Assembly (NCBI GenBank): GCA_012295275.1
Contig: CM022665.1
Coordinates: 43,586,001-43,650,000 of the forward strand
Length of the DNA: 64,000 bases
Origin: Chrysomallon squamiferum
Taxonomy: Eukaryota; Animalia; Mollusca
Direction of reading: 5' to 3'
This document shows positions 56,316-64,000 of this stretch, in pieces. Each line of letters opens with the position of its first letter. Position 1 is the first letter of the stretch. Both the position numbers and the translations under genes were made by a program. The notes beneath the pieces are model-generated. The model ran no database searches. It saw only the letters and a list, made by a program, of their open reading frames with translations, and was not told where the DNA came from.

Positions 56316-57163
56316 TTTTAAAAGTAATAAAAATAAAAAAATAAATATTATATAAATATTCATTAATTCATTTTGAAACTGTTAAGATGTTATAAGCCCT
56401 GCATGTAAGTTTGAGACTACTAGTATGTTTCATGTATGAGTAAGTCCAGTGTCTCCACTAACAGAACTTCAGACTTCACTTATCTTGTCTAGACTCTGAG
56501 GTTGTACAATAATTTATTATAGGCCAGAGGCCAGCTATAATTTATTCCATTGTTCTGTTTTGAAATTGTTATTTATTTTCACTAACAATATTTGTGGAAA
56601 AGTGCTCTGGCACAAGTCATTGTTTTCAAATATTTAATCTATTCTGCTGTACACAATAAATTATTTTTAATAAACCTGCCTCACCTCAAACAATAATAAA
56701 TTTAAAAAAAAGAAGAGTTATTTTTACATTCATAGTGGGGTCGCTCTCCACATCAGATGTTACAGTTGTGGTTAATTTCTGTCAATTGCGGTTTGATTTC
56801 TTTTTCTACAACTGTGGGGTGTTTTTTTTTTTTTCAGACAACGAGCAAAGTGGCAATTTCCTTGAGGAAAAAAATTATAATATGTGTGTCACATTAAGGT
56901 TTATGAATAGCCTTCAACCCGCACTGCGGCAGAAGAAGAATACAAGAGTTGAATAAACAAGAACACAACACTTCATTGACTTAACATTCAATTCTGATTT
57001 CATTCAGCTGAGCTTTACAGAGCTCACACCTTCTGAAAACAAGTGTGTTGAATCACTTCCTGTCTTTTCACTGGGACATAAAAAGATTCTGTTGGCAATG
57101 TCTTGACACACTAATGTTCTCCACATCAACCCTCTCACACTCAATTGCTCTCCCGAATAAAAC

Positions 57164-57196
<33 letters not shown>

Positions 57197-57961
57197 CATC
57201 CACGTCATTCAGGGGGAGGGTTGCTATGGGGATCCAAACTGCCTAGTTACACCACTTGATTTTAATTTTGCCAAAATCTAAATTGAATTTTTTTTTTTTT
57301 TTTTTTTTTTGTTACCAACTGAAGATGAAATAAACCCCTGGATTAAGGCTGGTTTGATTAGTTTACAAGATTTTCTTGTGGTGATGATGTTGACAAAAAT
57401 TGCTTTATGCATAAATTACTGAGTTATTACTTGAGGGATGTGCCATGATGGGAAGGACAAAAGCGAATGACGACAGACTTAAGTCCGAGACAAAAGCTGC
57501 TATTCAGTTATTGAAAAGCCAACATAAAGGGGTTTCATTTTGCCATTTTTAAACTTTGATTGATAATAATTATATGCATAAACTGTGAATATGACAAATA
57601 ATCTGTTGTGCCAGGGATGTGTGAAGTCACTGCAATAGAAACCCAAATGTCAGATGGGACACAAACCTCCCAATATATCATTTTTGTTGGATTGTGATTA
57701 AAGCTGAAATGATGTCCATTGTCTGTTTTTCTGTGATGTTGGTTTATCTGTGAATAATACCTTAAACAACTCGTACAGAATTCATCTAAATAAGAAAAAA
57801 GGGTAAGAACCACCATTCTCAACACAGAAACAGGTCAAACAATTCCATTAATTCCCATTCTAGATTTGTTAAAGGAGTGTTCTGCATGAAGGACATTTTT
57901 TTGTTAATAACAAAGGATTAGTTTCATCAGATTAAAATGTCATACCACTTCTAAAATATTA

Positions 57962-58020
<59 letters not shown>

Positions 58021-59666
58021 TAACAAAAATAATAATAATAATAACAATTTTAATTTAAAACTAACTTTTCAGCTTGAATAACTCAACATCTTTTTATCTG
58101 TACAAACATTAATATTTAATAACATCCATATCTTATCACTGTTTTCTTATAATGTGATATGTAAAGCCCGATACAAACCAATTAAATTATTTTAAAAGGT
58201 TAGACTATTTAACAAAATCCTGGACCATGAGTGATAGGTAAATATAAGATATTCCCTACTGAATTTCTTTTTAGATTGCTGTAAACTGATTTAAAAAACA
58301 AACAAACAAAAACAAATAAATTTAAAAAAAAAAAAAACAATAAAAAAAAAAAAGCCCCAAAACAATCAGACACCAGCCTGTATAATTAAAAATTCCTCAA
58401 CTTTTGTCCTGACAGTCAGACAAAGGTATATATGTACATGAACAAATTGAAATACATGGCTTCTTTCAAAGATTATATGAATTGTTTGACAGTGTGAAAC
58501 ACCGCATCTCATCTGTGATGATAAGTGAGGCCAGACTTTGTCCCACATTGTTGCTATCATCCAGACAGTGATGTAATTCTGCAGTGGCCTGATGGTCACC
58601 AGGTATCTATATACCTATATTTCATACATGTCAGTAATATTATATCTACCGGTCATGCGATATATTTATTGGTGTTATCTTTGGACTGGACTGAACACTG
58701 GGCTCTGTCTGTCTGGTCAAAAGGCATTGTCCAGTCAAGGTTTTTGGTTACATGTGCACATTGTGTGACTTTATGCATTATGAAAATAGTGGAAGGTGGA
58801 TTAATGTTGTTAATAAGATTTATTGAATTGTACAGTGTAATTCCATTATTTAAATTATTTTTGCCTTTAAGTTTATAGCTAAATGTGTAGAACTGCTCTA
58901 TAGGTATTATAAAGATCAGATTATAATGATAATTTTTTTAAGAAAATATGCAATAATGAAAGTATTTGAATGCCATTACTTTCCAGTATTAAATTTCACT
59001 TTAAAAGAACAAAAGAAAAGAAAATAGTAACTTTAAAAAAATAGTTTTTAAAAATAATTTTCTCATTTGTGTTTTGGAAACATGCTATAACTGACAATTA
59101 TTTCTATACTCATGGATGTTTTTTAATATGCTTTTTTCTCATTTTGGGGAGTTTGTTTTACAATGAATAAATAAATGAAGCCTCAGAATAAATATACATT
59201 GTCTGTTTGAAGTCTGTCTTACTTTTCTTTTTATTATAACATAGCTAATATATGTATTAGTCCACATCGCTCTCATTTCTGTCTGTTATTATCCATTCAG
59301 TACAATATCAACATTCTGTCCATCTATTTAATTATTTTTATACGTCCAACATATCCTTTTGATGGTTCATCGGTCCTTTCATCATCACTTTTTGTCACAC
59401 TTCATGCATCCATCTTTCTACATCTCACTCCATCCAGCCATATCTTTCAAACAATCATCCATATTTTCTTCCAACCTTCATGCACTCAAAATGTCTTTCA
59501 ATCTGTCCACCTTTTCAGTTACATTTTCATGAATTCATCTTACTTTTTCATTTTAAATCTGGACATTCTTGCAGCAACATACATTGTCTTCCAAACTCTC
59601 TCAATCTTATTTTGTTTATAAACAAAAGATTAAATTTATATTACATCTCTTACTATTACAACTAAC

Positions 59667-59695
59667 TCGTCCCAGAGCCCGGTTGCCAGGGCCAT
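59667..59695 (-). CDS. Possible N-terminal coding segment MALATGLWD(D/E), phase 2; product unknown
   Basis: This is the last ATG of the putative exon. It is open to the donor, has an in-frame stop upstream and has +4 G. No homology recognised. Confidence 0.3.
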
Positions 59696-59961
59696 CTGGT
59701 CAGCTACACTGACAGTGTTTTACGATGACAAATAGTCCTTTCATCGGGGTTCTCTTCATCTCTGTAAGATGGTGCAAGCCTGTGAAGAGCTGCACTTCCG
59801 CCCCACTGCCTGTCGGTTGTTTCCACGGTTACTTTCATGCTTCTCACCTCGTTGTCAATCTGCGAGACAGTCAAGCCAAACCTCACTGCCAGGCATTACG
59901 TCATTAATATGTGGGTGGGGATTAAACCACCCTATAAATCACTGCAGAACACCATCTGTAC
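59667..59961 (-). other. Probable exon (largely 5' UTR) of an unidentified minus-strand gene
   Basis: Strong acceptor with a long polypyrimidine tract (ctctctcactctcttgttttcatttttcag|G at 59962/59961). The body is GC/CpG-rich, and a donor GA|GTTAGT at 59667/59666 coincides with an abrupt return to AT-rich sequence. Confidence 0.55.
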
Positions 59962-62216
59962 CTGAAAAATGAAAACAAGAGAGTGAGAGAGAGAGAGAAA
60001 GAAAGCAAGCATAGCGTGGCAGCTTGGATCTAAAATTAATGAAGAGTTTCTGTGGATCACGGCTTTTGTAAATAGGACTGTCTCAATTTGAGAGTTTTCT
60101 TATTACAAACAGCGAATTCCTGAGCTTGTCGACTAAGATTCAATTACTTACCAGTCAAAACGAAATGTCAGTTTAAAGAATGTTTTGAAAATTGTGAAAT
60201 TAAGGATGATATATTGTTTTTGTGAATTCAAGTAGCCAAGTTAGATGACTGTGTTGTTTGATACATAATAAAAAATTAAAAAATTAAAATTAAAAAAGTA
60301 TATTTTTTTAAATGTGACACGGGAGGAGTGAAAGAAAAAGAATTTAAAAAAGAGGCAATAAGACAATAAGATAATTGTGCAATTAAAATTTTTGTCCAAA
60401 ACACATGACAGTTTTTAAAAACAGAAGTTAACAAAATGTTATTTTTTAAACATTTTTCTTATTCTATTTAAAATTCCTTTAAGACATCTGACCTGCACAT
60501 ATTTCCTGTCTTAAAAGAATAACAGCTGTGTTACACATTATTTACTTCTTCTACAACTGAATAAAAAGAACAAACATCTGACAAAATCTGCTTTTGGTTA
60601 TAGACAGACAGACAGAATGAAAGAAAAGAAAAACATCATCAACAGATAGTTCCACTTTTTATGACAGGACAAAAGAGAGCAAACTTTATTACCAATAAAG
60701 TTCATACAGAGAGAAAAACATAAAATGAACACTATACAGTAAAATCATTTTTTTTTTTACTATTTTACTTTAATGTTTGAATGCAAAATGTTTTGATCTT
60801 GGGCTTCTAGGTAAGTGGAATAACTGAATTAGAAGACAGTTTGTTACAAAAAAAAAGAAAAAATTGTTGTCCATTCAGCTGTCATTCCAACATGCTGTGA
60901 TGTGACTGCAATTGATATGAATAAGGATATTTTTTTACACATAACACCATTGTGGACATTTTAAGAGAGTTCTGTTCAAAACCTTTTGATATAAAATCAG
61001 CTTTAGTAAATGTAAAGTTTTATTATGCAAATCTCCTGCAAATATATATATATTTTTAATCATTTTACTGAAGTCAGCACCAGGATATGATCCTGATTAC
61101 CTGCTGATGTCAGTTTTGGTTGTTTCACAAAACTAGCCTGTTCTGGTATTGTCAAATTTTGATAAAGTGGACGAAATCTGACATAAAGAAGTCTGTTTGT
61201 AGCTCTGTTACATAACCAGAGACATGTTATCTCATTAGCAAGCTCTGGTCAGTCCCAGTAGGTTATTATAGGTAATTAGGCTGTGGGAGATATCACCTGC
61301 ACCTTGTATTGTACATATCTGTGAAGTGCCACAATTGTCTACACAAGTGATTACTAACTTGGCACCTCATTGAGCCTCATGCACCACAAGATATAATTCC
61401 AGCTTTTGTCTTCAATATAACACATTAGAAATGTGTTAATTGATGCAGTTCCTCTAGTAAGTAGGTGAAGTACCATGCATGCTCACAGACACTCTTACAT
61501 ACAAAATATCATGCTACTACTGCTGAACTAATAAAAACAGTGGTAATATAGTTTAAGTATCTGGAGGTTATGGTTTTAAATGGTGTGTGTGTGTGTTTAT
61601 GTATGTGTATACACAGAGATATTTTATCTTCTTCATGTATGTGGATATTTTATTCTGATATAAATACTGAACTCTTTTATACAGGAATAAAAAACATTAA
61701 AAATCCAAATAATAATAATAATAATAAGAAGAAGAAGAAGGAGAAGAAGAAGAAGAAGAAGAAGAAGAATAAAATCTCGATAAATAAAACTACAAATGCC
61801 TAATAATGGTTCTTTTCACAAAAAGCGACGTCTAATTATTAACTGACATCTGGCGTAACACACTCGTCATTCTGTATAAGAATGTTTTGGTCATCTGCAG
61901 CGGAAACAAAACTAAACGGTCACCCTTTTTAATGACTATAACTTTACACCAAGTCCGCACTTTGTTAAAGTAGATAATTACAGTAATAATCATAAAACCT
62001 GGCACATAGTCTCACCGACATGCACTGAAAGTCTAAAGCAGTTTTAACCCAGTGTTCGTCTGCTGTTTTACATGACGTAACAGCAGACTGTTTAGTATTT
62101 GTCCAGACAGGTTGCAAACTGGCCATGGTCACTTTGAGCAGGCCATAAGGATGCAGAAGCAATTAAAAACAATTTCCAGCTCAGCAAAGTTGATTCGCTT
62201 CGTTAAACTTTCTTAC

Positions 62217-62380
62217 CTATTGTTGGCGACTGTGACAACATGGTGTAAATTATATATCGACGGTGTAACTCAGCATCGAAACCAGTCTATTCCAGACAGC
62301 GTGGAACCAGTGAATTGATCCTTACGAAACGTGACCGAATTTTCTACTCGTCAAATCTGTCACAAGTTTCGTATCAGGAA
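62217..62380 (-). other. Probable first exon (5' boundary uncertain) of the minus-strand gene
   Basis: Consensus donor ATAG|GTAAGA at 62217/62216 inside the CpG-rich region. It would pair with the acceptor at 59962 to give a 2255-nt intron. Confidence 0.45.
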
Positions 62381-62909
62381 AAAAAAAAAAAAAGAATTAA
62401 AATGTTCAAAATAGGTGTGGACATCATTGAGAATGAGAATAATAATAATAATAATAATAATAATAAAGTGTTAATCGGGAATTTTCGTTTCACGTAACCA
62501 ATACAAACAATTTTAAAAATAATTAAATATATATATTTATATATTTTTTTTCTCATGGAGATCTCCACCAGCTTCCTTCATTAACCTTCACTCCCGCCCC
62601 AAATAAACGCAACCAGGTTTTTTATTACTACGGTTTTAACACATCTGAAATCCCAGCGATTCTGTTTATCCAATGCTTTAATGTCAGATATTAAAATTAT
62701 ATTAAAACAATAACACCACCTTCAATAAAAAGTAAAATAAATAAATATATAAATAAAATAAATAAAATAAAATAATAAAATAAAAAATAAAAATAAAAAT
62801 AAAATAAAATAAAATAAAATAAAATAAAACAAATAAATAGTATTAAATTTTACGTATTATGCACATAATAAATTGAACTGTATTTTTATTTTTTTTCTTC
62901 TGCCTTCAG

Positions 62910-62955
62910 AATGTTTTCAGAAGTACGATAATATATTTTACGTATCGAGTTTAAG
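62910..62955 (+). other. Candidate 46-nt plus-strand exon (divergent transcript)
   Basis: Acceptor ttttttcttctgccttcag| and donor AAG|GTAAGA. Confidence 0.25.
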
Positions 62956-63624
62956 GTAAGAAGATTTTAAATTCGAAACTGTCCAGATAAAACGTACTAC
63001 AAACCACACACGATGTATTCCAAATAATCAAATCTCTCCTGCAGAGAAACCGCACACTCTTTAAGTGATTATTTGGCAATATACTCTTTGTAATATTTAT
63101 TTATATATTATAATCATTTAAAAAAAAAAATAAAAATAAATAAATAAATAAAATGTTTAACGTTTTATTATTATGCCATTTTATTTTCAGAATAAGCCCA
63201 TGCAGGATAAAAGATATAAAATTTAGTATGAAAACAAATAGTAACTAATGGCTTAGACAGAGAGAGAGAGAGAGGAAAAAAGAAGAAAAAAAAAAAAAAA
63301 AAGAAAATGTAAAAGTAATTTTACCCTTACGGTTTAGGTTTTTTATAATTTCTTTTTCATTCAATTTTTATTATTATTTTTTTTTTTTTATCTTTTTGAA
63401 TTTGGTAATTAAAGTGTAATCCATTACTGATTAATGATTGATTTTTTCTTTTCTCTGATTAATGACTGATTGTTTGTTTGTTTTGTTTTGTTTAAATTTA
63501 TGTATTTCTGTGTTTTGTTATTATGCTTTTCTTCTGACTCAGAAAATACAGATTTATTTTTGTTTAACCGTATCAAAGACGCATGTAATGTATATTCTCA
63601 GACATTTCAGTGAAGAATACATCT

Positions 63625-63710
63625 GATGGCGATGGCGATGATGATGATGATGATTATGATGATGATGATGATAATGATGATAATGATGATAATGATGATG
63701 ATGATAATTA
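63625..63710. repeat. (GAT)n/(GATAAT)n microsatellite
   Basis: Direct observation. It produces the poly-Asp ORF. Confidence 0.95.
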
Positions 63711-64000
63711 TAATATTTTCTTTAATAATACGAAATACTGCAGAATATTTTCTTTGAAGAATACGAAACAGTATATATATAAAAAAAAAAAAATACAGTT
63801 AGTGGAGCCCCGTGGTCAGAATGGGAAATAACGGAAGGATTTGATATTGAACCTTCAAAACTTTTGATGAAATCGTCTCTTAACATAGTTATTAGTTTTC
63901 GTGATTCATTCACGAAGGAATTTCAAAATGAATGCATTTTAGACAGTACCTCAGAATAGTTTTATATTTCTATAAAAAGGTTGTTGCGTTAGCTACATAA

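Larger units (their letters stand above)
61825..63060. promoter_or_regulatory. Largest CpG-retaining region; probable promoter
   Basis: Many CpGs, GC box ctcccgcccc (62591-62600), aaccaat (~62497), CRE-like tgacgtaa (~62073) and strong splice donors pointing outward on both strands. Confidence 0.55.

Noticed and set aside
58510-58596. Box C/D snoRNA-like arrangement (gtgatga...caga..gtgatgt...ctga)
   Set aside because: There is no proper terminal stem and no rRNA-complementary guide that I can recognise, and it lies opposite the inferred host strand.
303-63913. All ORFs in the supplied six-frame track
   Set aside because: They are short, many start at GTG/TTG, many translate microsatellites or poly-A/T tracts, and none has a recognisable domain or coherent splice structure.

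Overview
AT-rich, microsatellite-dense eukaryotic DNA, most likely a mollusc (gastropod-like). That assignment is an inference from the tRNA-headed SINEs with a Meta/RUDI-type core and from the repeat profile. The supplied ORFs look spurious: many are translated microsatellites or poly-A/T tracts, many start at GTG/TTG, and none has a recognisable domain. I see no rRNA, tRNA, CRISPR array or transposase. The best-supported genic structure is the 5' end of a minus-strand gene near the right edge: a CpG-rich promoter region (~61.8-63 kb), a donor at 62217/62216, and a 295-nt exon (59961-59667) with a strong acceptor, several uORFs and a possible start MALATGLWD. The remaining ~59 kb then reads as one very large intron or intergenic region. 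It holds about 11 decayed SINE loci, a small foldback/MITE-like element, many minisatellites and roughly ten CpG-retaining islands. It also carries homotypic motif clusters (CAGGTR, WGATAA) and YY1-, RFX- and ZNF143-like sites. The most unusual items are: a degenerate ~54-bp array with a recurrent short hairpin (26.56-27.07 kb); a minisatellite showing CpG decay away from a CpG island (8.1-8.6 kb); a minimal hammerhead-like motif (46.0 kb); and a possible series of alternative first exons. None of these proves a new system from sequence alone.
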